Assembly (NCBI GenBank): GCA_964416155.1
Contig: CAYQCW010000007.1
Coordinates: 51,088 to 115,087 of the forward strand
Source of the DNA: an uncultured Nitrososphaerota archaeon
Lineage (GTDB): Archaea; Thermoproteota; EX4484-205; JAAOZP01
DNA: 64,000 bases
Direction of reading: 5' to 3'
Shown: piece after piece, positions 8,491 to 18,369 of the stretch
How positions within the stretch are numbered: the first letter of the stretch is position 1
Layout of the letters: each line of letters starts with the position of its first letter
Program-made: the position numbers and the translations under genes
Notes under the pieces: generated by a model
Databases searched by the model: none
What the model was told of the DNA's origin: nothing
Seen by the model: the letters and a program-made list of their open reading frames with translations, nothing else

Positions 8491-11208
8491 ATGGTGAGGA
8501 GAAGAATATTGATAATGCTCTTCGTCTTCACACTGATTACACAACCATTTTACCAATTATATGAAACGGCCTCTCAAGCATCTCCGGAAGCTTTTGAAGG
8601 CACCGGTCCAGTTTTACAGTCTAGAATTATTACACAGAGTTCCATAGCTACCTTCATTAAGAAAAAGGTTATACTTCCCAGTTATCAGTATGCTTCAGAT
8701 AAAATAGAGTATCCTATTCCTGAGAATTCAGTTACCTTTGGAACATTCGGCCCCGCAACATGGAGCAACCTTTACTGGACGACGAGAGATTATCAAAGCC
8801 CTATTAAAGATGGTTTCACTCTTTTCTCGAACGAGGTCTTCCAGATACGTTACACTCCCTTCGTCGAAGGCGACTACTTCAGGATTAACAGCACCTATCC
8901 ATGGATTCTCCAGAACTTCACTGTTCCATCCTCCTATGATAATTTTGAAGTTAAATATGTTTGGCTGGTTGTAAGGGTTTACTCTGGAAGCGTGAGGCTT
9001 CACGCAGAAATATGGAACTATGGAATGATTAGTTTCGGGACCTCCACGGAGTCGGTGACTGTAACAGGTCCCTACGATTGGTGGATCGCCATGAAGATGA
9101 TTAACCCAAGAGCCTTATATGCAGGCAATGTCTACAGGCTTGAAGTAGTTTGGGAAACAGGTTCCGGAGCTGATTTGAAACTACTAAGTAGTCCTAAGGA
9201 TGTTGACGATAACGCGCAGGGCAATGCCAGATTTTTCAACACGACTTCCGGCAATGTGGAGAACATAGTTGGGAAGATGCTTGAAGGAGCCCTTACTCAT
9301 CCAGTCAGCAGCACCTACTCGACCAGTTTCAGCTCATGGGCTAGAGCCCTCTCTCTGCAAAGCTATCGGATCTATCTTCACGGCCGCAACATACCTAGGA
9401 GCAGCATAATGATGAAGGTCAGATCAGCGGCCTTTGGCACTGGAGAGACCCCTGAGATACGTTTAACATACCCGTTGGATGAGCTGGCGTTTTGGACAGT
9501 GGTTCAGGGCTCGACAAGCTTCTCAGGAGGAACTGTTGAAGTATCTTCCAACTTAATGTCGGTAGAGCAGAGCAGAACCTCATATGATGGAAATCATCCG
9601 CCGCCCTTCTACAGACCTTTCGCCTCCCTATCAATATTCACGGATAATGCTGGTAAGCCTTGGGGAGAATGGGAGATAAGCGGAGGAACATGGGAAGCAT
9701 ATGTTGGAGACGCTTATAGTAGCCTCTATGCTCTGCCGACTTACAGAGTTGAACAGAAGGAGTTTGGTTTAAAAGCCACCTACCCGCTCTTCTTCTATTC
9801 TCCGGCTTCACCCTCCTACGGCTTCCTGAACTTTACAGCGAGGTTCAATTATACTATTGAGGTCTCCTCCCCAGGGCCAGAATTCTACTCCAGCTACTCC
9901 GTTTCACCCCGAAGCAACGCGTCCTGGAATATTTCTAATATGCTCCTCTCTTTCTCAGCCTCACCCCACTCTTCCGTAACCATCAAAATAGGGCCGGTTC
10001 CGAGAGACTGGGTTGTTCAAAGAGCATTCGTCACCCCGGGTGCAGGCGGTGGAACACCTTCCGTATCTATTGTGAACGATGACATAACGATAAATGGAAT
10101 AGTAATGGGGGCATCTAACACGTATTTCGGTAGGGCGGAAATCCGTGTGAAAGCAGACAACTATTTGGAGACTCAATCAGCCTACGTAAGGTTCAGGTGG
10201 ATGAATACCTACTCCTCAGTCTTCCTGTTGAACGACACCATAAGGATAGAGGCGAGAGCAGCCTCAGCCAACCCGAGTTTCCCCCCGGGAGTGATCTTGA
10301 TCAAGGCGGTTGGACCAGCGGGAGTTTTATTCAACCAGTCTTTAAACCAGCTTGATCAAAACGGAGTGGTCACCGGAAGCCTCCGTCTAAGCCAGGCAGG
10401 ACAATACTTGGTTAGCGTGACATATGTTTCGTCAGACGGTCTTAGAGTAGGAGCAGCAGAAGCCTCTTTCAATACTTTAAGAATCTCCGTGTTCATCGAT
10501 AAGGATATCGTCCTATTAAGCTCCCCCACTCTCACTGTTGAACTAAACTCTTCAGACGTTTCGCCGATAAGCTCAGCTAGGTTTGTCTTAACATCTCCCA
10601 ACGGCTCAACCAGGATACTTATGTTCGACCAAGCGGGTGGCAGATTCATCAGAGAACTATCTTTCTCGCAGACAGACCCTTCTGCCATAGGCAACTGGAG
10701 TATTTTCCCCTTAGTATCCTTTGAAAACGGGGTTGGTAGAGAATTACTCGCGGTCAGCTTCTTATTAGTGGACGATATCCCGCCAACCATATCTAACATA
10801 ACACGCCTACCAGTGGAAGTGACGTTCATAGAGGAGGTTAACATCACGTGCACAGTTGCCGACAAGGGTACAGGAGTCAGGACAGTCCTAGTCTCCTACA
10901 GCTTTGGAGGCGTGACTGGTAACGTGACTGCTAAACAAGTAGGACCCAGCAAGTATTCCGCCGTAATCCCGAGGCATCCTCCCCTCACCATGGTTTCATA
11001 CAGGGTCTACGCAATCGACAACAGTGGGAATATAAGCATCTCTGAGAACCTTGCCTACAGCGTTGGGATACCCCTATGGCTTCTAATTCTAGTGGTGCTG
11101 GCTTTATCCTCAGCCGTACTAATAACATGGCTGTACTTGAAAAAACGCACGCCGCCTCCATCACCGCCGCCCCCTCCTCCTACCCCTGAGATAAGTAGCC
11201 CCATATAG
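8491..11208 (+). CDS. Large cell-surface glycoprotein with Ig-like domains, C-terminal TM anchor and Pro-rich cytoplasmic tail
   Basis: Signal peptide; many N-x-S/T sequons; DDIPPTISNI...YRVYAIDNSGN Ig-like end; TM helix then KKRTPPPSPPPPPPTP. Confidence 0.8.
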   Translation: MVRRRILIMLFVFTLITQPFYQLYETASQASPEAFEGTGPVLQSRIITQSSIATFIKKKVILPSYQYASDKIEYPIPENSVTFGTFGPATWSNLYWTTRDYQSPIKDGFTLFSNEVFQIRYTPFVEGDYFRINSTYPWILQNFTVPSSYDNFEVKYVWLVVRVYSGSVRLHAEIWNYGMISFGTSTESVTVTGPYDWWIAMKMINPRALYAGNVYRLEVVWETGSGADLKLLSSPKDVDDNAQGNARFFNTTSGNVENIVGKMLEGALTHPVSSTYSTSFSSWARALSLQSYRIYLHGRNIPRSSIMMKVRSAAFGTGETPEIRLTYPLDELAFWTVVQGSTSFSGGTVEVSSNLMSVEQSRTSYDGNHPPPFYRPFASLSIFTDNAGKPWGEWEISGGTWEAYVGDAYSSLYALPTYRVEQKEFGLKATYPLFFYSPASPSYGFLNFTARFNYTIEVSSPGPEFYSSYSVSPRSNASWNISNMLLSFSASPHSSVTIKIGPVPRDWVVQRAFVTPGAGGGTPSVSIVNDDITINGIVMGASNTYFGRAEIRVKADNYLETQSAYVRFRWMNTYSSVFLLNDTIRIEARAASANPSFPPGVILIKAVGPAGVLFNQSLNQLDQNGVVTGSLRLSQAGQYLVSVTYVSSDGLRVGAAEASFNTLRISVFIDKDIVLLSSPTLTVELNSSDVSPISSARFVLTSPNGSTRILMFDQAGGRFIRELSFSQTDPSAIGNWSIFPLVSFENGVGRELLAVSFLLVDDIPPTISNITRLPVEVTFIEEVNITCTVADKGTGVRTVLVSYSFGGVTGNVTAKQVGPSKYSAVIPRHPPLTMVSYRVYAIDNSGNISISENLAYSVGIPLWLLILVVLALSSAVLITWLYLKKRTPPPSPPPPPPTPEISSPI

Positions 11209-11335
11209 AAAATAATAAGCTTCTCAGATAAGATGTATTCTTTCTTATTTCGACTCTTGGTAAAATGGATACTTATTCATTCGACTTAAAGATCGAGAAG
11301 AGTAACTGCCACGCATGTCAGAATTTGAACATAAG

Positions 11336-11438
11336 CGCCGGCGGGAAGACTCGAACTTCCGACCAACGGGTTAACAGCCTCAGCCTCTTTCCGAGCCCGC
11401 TGCTGTGGGCCTTAAACTACCTGCTGAGCTACGCCGGC
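11336..11438 (-). tRNA. tRNA-Asn(GTT) with two non-canonical introns (22/23: 11405-11416; 30/31: 11379-11396)
   Basis: Mature GCCGGCG TA GCTC AGCAGGTA GAGC A GCGGG CTGTTAA CCCGT TGGTC GGAAG TTCGAGT CTTCC CGCCGGC G; clear BHB (CAGC/GCTG) for the 30/31 intron, relaxed motif for 22/23. Confidence 0.9.
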
Positions 11439-11476
11439 GCAGCTTAACGTTAAACGTCTGGGCTTAAAATATTTTT

Positions 11477-11668
11477 CTATTCTCTAACTCTAAGCCTGAA
11501 AATAAGTCCGATTACGCCTAGAAGCGTTACCACTATGCTGGCGAACAGGAAAAACGGGTATGTGATTCCTAATGCTTCCCCCGTGTTCACAGTGTAGAAT
11601 AGCAGTACGGCTCCGCAGCAGGTTAAGAGGGCTGCGAACAGTTTCGCCGCAACGATGCTTGGTTTCAA
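11477..11668 (-). CDS. Small 2-TM membrane protein
   Basis: Two hydrophobic helices downstream of top6A; TTG start chosen by inspection. Confidence 0.6.
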   Translation of the reverse strand: MKPSIVAAKLFAALLTCCGAVLLFYTVNTGEALGITYPFFLFASIVVTLLGVIGLIFRLRVRE

Positions 11669-11746
11669 ATCGCCTTTACGCTTTAAATCCTTAAGATAAA
11701 TCTTTCCCCGAAGCCTCCCCCCACATTTGAACATTAGTCCACTATT

Positions 11747-12799
11747 TTACGCCAGTCTTTTCTTAAGGTATACGTCGACCATGAACGATAAGCCGTACTT
11801 GCTGAAAGCCTCCTGTTCAGCCTTCCTCTTTATCTGGAAGAACATGTCTATCTCCCTCTTCCATGGGTCCTTAGCATACCTCTTATCCTTCTTAAGCTCG
11901 TTCAGCCTTTTGATATCCACGTCTAGAAGCTTAGTGCTTGGAAGCTTATAATCCTCTATGTCTGAAGCGTAGACGCCCATCCACCTAGCCTTCGGCGTAG
12001 CCAGCTCAGGCACGTGCGCAGCGTTGGCTGAGCCTGAGATTATGACTTGCGCGATATGCAGCCCCCATGGATCCGCGTCGGTGAAAATATACACAGGCAG
12101 GTCTAGCTCCACGTTAAGCCTCCTTATCAGGCGTCGCGTGGCGCGCGGCGCCTGCCCAGCAGTATGGATCAGAATAGCGTTGTACTTTTTCCAGGCCTTC
12201 TCCTCAACGAACCTTGTGAACATGGCACCTTTCTCGATGCAGAGAACCTTGTCAGTGGAGGTTTTCACGAACCTGGCGGTGGCTAGCGCCGGGCCTATCA
12301 TCAACCCGTCGGGGTGTGAAGTCAGATTAATCTTCTTTCCCTCGTAGCCTTTCACAGTGTACTCGATGGTTAGGTCTGCGAATATGGCACTCCTCTCCTC
12401 AGGATAAATGTTGAAATCCTCCCTGGGCGAGCCTGCTACGGATTCAAGCTCGGTTATTATCCTGTCCGACTCGCTCTGATCCTCGAAGCCAAGGTCTACG
12501 CCCTCAGCCATGTAGAAAACATCTCTCAGCGTACTGGTCTTATCCTCGTCGATAAGCTTCCTCGCTAGGCTTGCAACCCATACGAGCTGGGTTAAAGGCT
12601 TCAAGTGCTTCACGTTGCGCGAGGTGCGAACCGCCTTCTTAGGCCCTAGGACATAATGGCCCTTCTTCTCGTCGAAGATAATGTTGTCAACAGTCCTCAG
12701 AGGGAGCTCCAGCGAAGGAGGCTGCCTATTCTCCACCTGCTTAAGTATTTCAAGAGCTAGACCCACTATGTTCTTCCTAGCCTTAGACTCCTTTTTCAT
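11747..12799 (-). CDS. top6A: DNA topoisomerase VI subunit A
   Basis: TLRDVFY (catalytic Tyr), IEK, FTDADPWG TOPRIM and KAEQEA motifs. Confidence 0.97.
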   Translation of the reverse strand: MKKESKARKNIVGLALEILKQVENRQPPSLELPLRTVDNIIFDEKKGHYVLGPKKAVRTSRNVKHLKPLTQLVWVASLARKLIDEDKTSTLRDVFYMAEGVDLGFEDQSESDRIITELESVAGSPREDFNIYPEERSAIFADLTIEYTVKGYEGKKINLTSHPDGLMIGPALATARFVKTSTDKVLCIEKGAMFTRFVEEKAWKKYNAILIHTAGQAPRATRRLIRRLNVELDLPVYIFTDADPWGLHIAQVIISGSANAAHVPELATPKARWMGVYASDIEDYKLPSTKLLDVDIKRLNELKKDKRYAKDPWKREIDMFFQIKRKAEQEAFSKYGLSFMVDVYLKKRLA

Positions 12800-12919
12800 T
12801 GTTTCTGAGGCCAGAGTGAAAAGGGGCTTATTAAAGTATCCATCTAAATCCTGAGCTTCATGAGTCGGGGGCTAGGCCCGATGGAAACGTATTTATGATG
12901 CCTCTCACAATCTTTTCCT

Positions 12920-13235
12920 GGGCGGCAGGTAGGCTCGGGGAGCTCGCCATTCCCTGAACCCGAAACTGGCGACACGCGGGGAGCCGATAACCGTGGGGAC
13001 AGGGCTGCCTCAACGCAACCGGCTGCAACAGGTCTGTGAAAGCCATCCTTACTGGGCAGGAGTAGCAGGCTCGCCTGCCGTAGGGTGGGCGCGTCTGCCT
13101 AATTACCGAATCCGCTAGGCCCGGGAGGGAGCAACGGTCTGGTAAGCTACCTGCGTTGGTAAGGGATGGCTGGAGGGTAAACCTGTTGCGTGTGGGTTGT
13201 GATGGAGGGGCTCGACCCTCATGGGGCTGCCGCCT
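12920..13235 (+). ncRNA. ffs: Archaeal SRP (7S) RNA
   Basis: Helix 1 GGCGGCAG/CTGCCGCC; Alu loops TCGCCA/TGGCGA are complementary; helix 8 motif CTAGGCCC-GGGA-GGGAGCAACGG; about 316 nt; TATTTATG upstream. Confidence 0.93.
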
Positions 13236-13332
13236 CTAAAAAATCATTTTTTAACCATTGGAAACGACGTTTAAAGAGGAAGCGTGGATTTTTGACTAAA
13301 CATCCTTCTGAGAAAAGATAAGTATTTCTCAT

Positions 13333-14538
13333 ATGATAAAAGTTCTATCAAAGGAACGGTTTCTGAGATGCGACGAGAAAGGGCGGCCGGTGGTTCCAGG
13401 CTTTGTGACATACGTCTCAAGGAACAAACAGATTCTTCTTCACCGTTTCGGGAGAGAGGATTACTCAGATACTTATGATGATTATATGGACATGTTCAGC
13501 TATGATAATGACAGAACATGGACGCAGCCGGTTCTGCACCTGAAAAGTGTGGATGTCAAGGGGGCAAAATCCGTTACGGCGAGCAAGCAGCTCTTTTCGA
13601 CTCAGAAACAGAGAAAATTATAGTGGTTATTAACAAGTCTTTCTACCCTAACGATACGCTTGACACGGACCTTCCCTACTCCCTAGTCCAAGAAATGTAC
13701 GACCCGGCAGCAAACACATGGTCCGACTTAACCCGTTTGGATTTAGATTTTCCTGGCGAAATTGCTGTGAGCTTCTGCAATCCAATAAAAAATATCGAGG
13801 GGGCGATTAGTATTCCCCGCGCAGGGCACATACCTTGATGAAAAAGGGCAGCCTGTCCACTATAAGGGTTGCTGGTCGCCAGCAGGCATCATCGTTCATC
13901 TCTTAGGAGACTATGGGAAAGACGAGACGATTAGGTGGAAACTGAGTAAACCGGTTATCCCTGATTTAGAGAAGACTTCTCGCGGTTTCTACGAACCGGC
14001 TGTCGCGGAACTAAAGGACGGGCGTTTCGCTATGGTTTTGCAGGAGGACAACAGCATGTTTCCCGAGCGCCCAAGGTATAAGTGGATAAGTTTTTCGGAT
14101 GACCATTGCGAGACCTAGACCGAGCCGGTGCCCTTACCCTGCGATGGGAACAAGCCCATTGAATCCAGTTCCACTGGCTCTATGCTTTTTCGCTCCATTA
14201 AAAACGGCCGGCTCTATTGGATTGGAAACTTGTGTATTGAAGGTGCATGGATCTTTGGCGTGTATTGCGAGAAGACTCTGCGTCCTTACGGCAATTTTCC
14301 GAGGACACCTCTGGTCATAGCAGAGGTTCAAGAAAATCCTTTTTCCTTGAAACGCAACACCATAACCGTGATTGACAGGCAGCAGCCTTATGAGCCTCCA
14401 CAGGTGCAGCTCTCCAACTTTAGGTTTTACCAAGACCGTGAGAACAGTGATATCGTCCTTTTCCTAACCCGTTGCAGTGAACGCGCCGCCGAAGCCTGGA
14501 AGCTGGCGGATTATTACCGGTATCGGATTGCCATTTGA
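13333..14538 (+). pseudogene. Decayed sialidase/BNR-repeat beta-propeller protein
   Basis: Asp-box-like FSYDNDRTW and FSDDHCET*; YEPAVAELKDGR; several frameshifts and an in-frame TAG at 14116. Confidence 0.7.
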
Positions 14539-14556
14539 AATGGAGGAGACATGTAA

Positions 14557-15552
14557 ATGACACGAAATTGTATCTAAGTAGGCTCCCGCAAACAGGTTTT
14601 CCTAGACGAGCGCTTCATAGTGTAGTCGAAGGGGATAAGGGCGAAAGTTAACCCGCCCTTGGAGCGGCATGAAGTATTGCGGGGAGACCGTCCCTAGGAC
14701 AGGGGCTGGATCGGCTGGTTGACCGTGTTAGAGGACGGAGGAGTCTACAAGATGTGGTATATAGCTGCTCCCGAGAGCACTGGAGAAGAAATAGATGGCG
14801 GAAAGGCCCTTAGACTCTGCTACGCGGTCTCCGAGGATGGAGTTAATTGGAGGAAGCCTGAACTCGGGCTCGTGGAGTATGAAGGAAGCAGGAGAAACAA
14901 CATAGTGCGCATAGAAGGATTCCCAGGCGGAAGCCCGGAGGGCTCAGTGTTCCTAGACCCGAAGGCTCCTCCTGAACAAAGGTATAAGATGCTTGGTACG
15001 CTTTCCCCAGTGTCTACCGCCACTTTCCCGAGCCTCCGCTGGGCCCTTGTGTGAACGATGGCCTGCTGGAGATTCAGTTGGCCGTGAGCCGTGACGGTGT
15101 CCGGTTTCAGCGGCCCGACCGCACCCCCTATATTCCGCTTGACGTGAAAGGTACGTGGCACGCCGGCCAGATGTACATGGGGGGTAGGCATGATCAGGAG
15201 GGGAAACAGACTTTTCCAATATTATAATGCTTCAGACATCAGCCATAGTGGATACCGGTGCCCCAAGCCCTTGCCCATTGTGGACATAAGCCGCGTCTTT
15301 GTGGCGGTGCAGCTTCTCGACCGTTTCGCAGGTATCCAGGCCCCGGATGAGGGTTGGCTGCTCACCCCGCCTCTGCGCTTTTCAGGGAACTAGTTAGAGT
15401 TAAACATAGACTGTGGCGCCACAGGTGAAGCACTGGTTGAAATAGATGATGAGAATGGGGTTCCGATTCAGGGCTTTAGTCTAGACGAGAGCGACCGGGT
15501 GTGGGGAAATCACCTGAGGAAGAAGGCGTCGTGGAGAAATGGGAAGACAGAG
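14557..15552 (+). pseudogene. Decayed GH32/GH130-like beta-propeller glycosidase
   Basis: GSRKQVFLD, YKMWY, CYAVSEDGVNWRKPELG, QLAVSRDG and GWLLTPPLRFSG segments; stops at 14575, 14623, 14695 and 15391 plus a deletion/frameshift. Confidence 0.7.
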
Positions 15553-15574
15553 CAGATTTCCCAGATTTCCCCCT

Positions 15575-15632
15575 TCTGTCAAGACGGGTGCGAACCTGAA
15601 GAGATAGTTCAAGGAGCCGATCTTTATATCTA
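15575..15632 (-). repeat. 58-bp perfect inverted copy of 19576-19633 (relic paralog 3' end)
   Basis: TCTGTCAAGACGGGTGCGAACCTGAAGAGATAGTTCAAGGAGCCGATCTTTATATCTA is the exact reverse complement of 19576-19633. Confidence 0.9.
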
Positions 15633-15946
15633 AAATATACGTGTTTTTGGATTGTGTAAGATTAAATATCTAACCTTACCCTTACCTTGTGTAATTCTTT
15701 AGCGCGCGCTACTCGCTTTCCTAAGCCTAGAGGATTGGCTTAAGCCTGAGGAGGTTGGGAGGCTAGCTGGGAAGCTGGGCGTTGATCCTAAGATCCTGTT
15801 CCTGAGTTTTTCAGACGCTTTGGCCGACGAGATCGCAAGGAGGTTTTGAGATGAGCGATAAGCCTATTTGGAGCGCGCACGCGCTTCCTGCTCTTCGTCG
15901 AGAGAGTTAACCGGCTTAATGATGGAGGAACATTAATTTATTAGAA

Positions 15947-16034
15947 CGCCCTGGCCGGGATATTCGGTTTTTAACTTTCGAACCCGGGTCGGGAGGGTGA
16001 CAGCCTCCAATGCTAACCTTTACACCACCAGGGC
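15947..16034 (-). tRNA. tRNA-Asp(GTC) with a T-loop intron (59/60: 15961-15976)
   Basis: GCCCTGG TG GTGT AAAGGTTA GCAT T GGAGG CTGTCAC CCTCC CGAC CCGGG TTCGAA[16 nt]T CCCGG CCAGGGC G; BHB TTCG/CGAA. Confidence 0.93.
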
Positions 16035-16129
16035 TCGGGTGTAGGAGTTTTTGAGGGCAAATAAATCTTTTGCTACAGTTACGCTTGAGCCTTATTTGTC
16101 AGATAGTAGTGATGAACCCTGAGCCAGGG

Positions 16130-16397
16130 AAGTACATAAGTAGAGTTTCTTACCCATACTGGAACAAGTGCAGGGTCTTAATTTCGAGGAGAAGAGCATT
16201 TCATAGATTTCTACTGTGAACGCAAAATTCTGATAATGGAGCTGGCAGTTGAGAAAATAAACGAATTGATTAAAAACACTGGATACCAATATTACAAAAT
16301 AGACTTATTTCTCATTGCTTCGAGTATGCAATATTATATCGTGTTCATACCCACTGAAGTTGAGAAGCTTGAAAAGGAAAGAAGTTGGAAGCTTTAA
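16130..16397 (+). pseudogene. 3' remnant of a putative immunity protein (paralog of 25883-26621)
   Basis: EEHFIDFYCERKILIMELAVEKINELIKNTGYQYY..EVEKLEKERSWKL* matches EEHVVDFYCRGDFLNIELVVNRINELIKDAGYQYY..EAEKLMKERGWRF. Confidence 0.7.
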
Positions 16398-16437
16398 TTG
16401 ATGATCTAGTTGACAAAATAAGGTGCTATTCCTCACC

Positions 16438-17000
16438 TTACCTGTAATTTGAATTAGGCTCTATTTCTTTATAGAGCTTAATCCCAGTGCAGGTATAACC
16501 GGATTCTGTTTGCTCAATCCGAATTTGTACCACTACTACGATACCATACTTCACATTCCAGCCTATTAAAATAATCTTCCACTTGCCTTATCTCATTACC
16601 TATACGACCAGTAATATCTCGAAACACCGTTCCCTTTATTTCAACTATCGCCATCAATTTATCTTCAGAGTAAACTTGGATGGCTGGTCCTTGTTTCATG
16701 CATCCGCTGGTTTTTAAGCCCCTCCTTCGGAAGCCCAGTCAGCCTGGATATTTCTTCCTTAATATTATCAATATTTAAGAATACTTATTCTTCATCAACC
16801 TTCTCAATTAACTCTTTAATTTCTTCCTCCTCCTTTAACATTTCCATGTTAAGCTTATCCACAATCTCCTGAGCCAGCCTTTTAACGATAGTCCCTGAAT
16901 CCTCGAGGTATATTCTATGGGCAAGAGGCCCTTATTTTTATCGTGCGCTACATATTTGCTTAACGCTTTCCACATCCCCTTTAAAGGTTAGAGTAAACAC
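16438..17000 (-). pseudogene. Relic C-terminal PD-(D/E)xK nuclease-like toxin domain
   Basis: HRIYLEDSGTIVKRLAQEI...GPAIQVYSEDKLMAIVEIKGT...QVEDYF..KYGIVVVV; contains a stop and frameshifts. Confidence 0.6.
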
Positions 17001-17081
17001 TTAGGAGAAAGTTGTGAAAGTGATTATTGGGCACAATAACGAAGGGCCCCGATTTTTCGCGTTCCTCCTATTCAACTCCTT

Positions 17082-17519
17082 TCAGGGCTTGATTCTAACT
17101 AGGCTATAAATCACGCAGGGGATGAAGTAAAACTGCCATCCGAGGGTTAGGAGCTGGACTACGTAGGGTGGTTCAAGCGTTAAGGCAAACCATAACGTGA
17201 ACAGGAGCATGGATATGAGGCTGGAAGCTATGGCTAGCAGCCAAGGGATCCTACTCCTCGGTTTAAGCCGCTCAACCAGGCTTCCAAGGATGTAGGCCAA
17301 CGAGAGGAGTAACCAGCTGACAAGGCTTATTAGATGTTCAGCAGTTTGGTACTGAGGATTGGAAACGTAAGCTGAGAAGAGTAGTGCAAACAGCACGAAG
17401 AAGATAATGAAAGCGGATAGTGTAAAATGGATCTTCAATAATACCCGGTCAATCATCCTCCGAATCACAACTCTATACGACAACTTGTTTTCCCCCTCAA
17501 CTATGGACATCCCATACAT
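17082..17519 (-). CDS. 4-TM membrane protein, candidate immunity/export partner
   Basis: Four hydrophobic helices; overlaps the 3' end of the Cys-rich gene. Confidence 0.7.
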   Translation of the reverse strand: MYGMSIVEGENKLSYRVVIRRMIDRVLLKIHFTLSAFIIFFVLFALLFSAYVSNPQYQTAEHLISLVSWLLLSLAYILGSLVERLKPRSRIPWLLAIASSLISMLLFTLWFALTLEPPYVVQLLTLGWQFYFIPCVIYSLVRIKP

Positions 17520-18151
17520 TCCGGCAAGTAGCTCGTATCAGGAGTGCAATTGCGGCAATAGGACCTCCAACTGACGCAGTTTATGTAAAAGCAAGAGGGG
17601 CAAAAAAGTCCGACGTACATTATAAAAACAACAAGGTCTGGAAGATAACGCGCACAAATAGCGCAACACAGAACAACCCCAGGTATGTCATAAGCAAGGC
17701 ATTCTTGAAAACAGAATTGGCAGGTACCGCATGGTGGTGAACAGGGCGGTGGCGGTACGCCGGTTAGGAGGAACTCATGATTAAGTACCTGATTACTCTG
17801 AATTGTGGGTGTAAGCTTGCCTCCAGTTACCTGGCCTTTTTCAGCCCTGACCAAAACCTCTAGGACGCGATAATCTTCATCTACTCTATACGCCGTTGCT
17901 TCCTGATACGGTTTCACGAATACTACAACAAAAACTAACCTTGATTTAGGATCTCCGGCAAATCTTATCCCAACTACTACGTACTCGGTTGGTTTATAAT
18001 CTATAATCTTTTCAGCCCTCATAGCAAGGGAGTCCTTCAAAGAAAGTTGGTACCCTATCTCAGATAAGATTGAAGCGACTAGCTGGAATTCCTTTGCGCT
18101 TAATGCTTTTTCTACTGCTTCCTCCTCTTTAATTAGGATACTATTGTTCAC
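17501..18151 (-). CDS. Precursor with a Cys-rich C-terminal peptide (halocin C8-like bacteriocin candidate)
   Basis: About 135-aa Cys-free N-terminal domain followed by about 80 aa with 15 Cys (CxxC repeats, CC) around a hydrophobic core. Confidence 0.6.
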   Translation of the reverse strand: MNNSILIKEEEAVEKALSAKEFQLVASILSEIGYQLSLKDSLAMRAEKIIDYKPTEYVVVGIRFAGDPKSRLVFVVVFVKPYQEATAYRVDEDYRVLEVLVRAEKGQVTGGKLTPTIQSNQVLNHEFLLTGVPPPPCSPPCGTCQFCFQECLAYDIPGVVLCCAICARYLPDLVVFIMYVGLFCPSCFYINCVSWRSYCRNCTPDTSYLPECMGCP

Positions 18152-18369
18152 CTTCTCCTATTACTCCCTGAAGAGAAAAAGGCGGAGGCGATATTTATAT
18201 TATTTTTAATTACGATATAATATAACACGTGCTTAGTATTGGTATTTTAATTTCTCGCTGTTAATCTTGTTGTCTTATGTTGTGTATATACATATCTTAT
18301 TATAGTTTTAAAAAAATATAAATGGGAGGTTATTCTAACTATAAAACATGAAAAAGGGAGGGTGGGTGT

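Noticed and set aside
12856-12919. Apparent 5' extension or intron of the SRP RNA (CATGAGTCGGG could pair with CTCGACCCTCATG; GGCTAGGCCC motif)
   Set aside because: A normal-sized SRP RNA closes with GGCGGCAG/CTGCCGCC, a TATA-like box lies inside the putative extension, and no valid BHB could be drawn
13333-15552. Several in-frame TAG codons (14116, 14623, 14695, 15391) suggesting amber recoding or pyrrolysine
   Set aside because: The same genes also have a TAA, frameshifts and deletions; some TAGs sit at expected Trp positions (TGG to TAG); core genes end in TAG normally; aRF1 has standard NIKS, YxCxxxF and GGQ motifs
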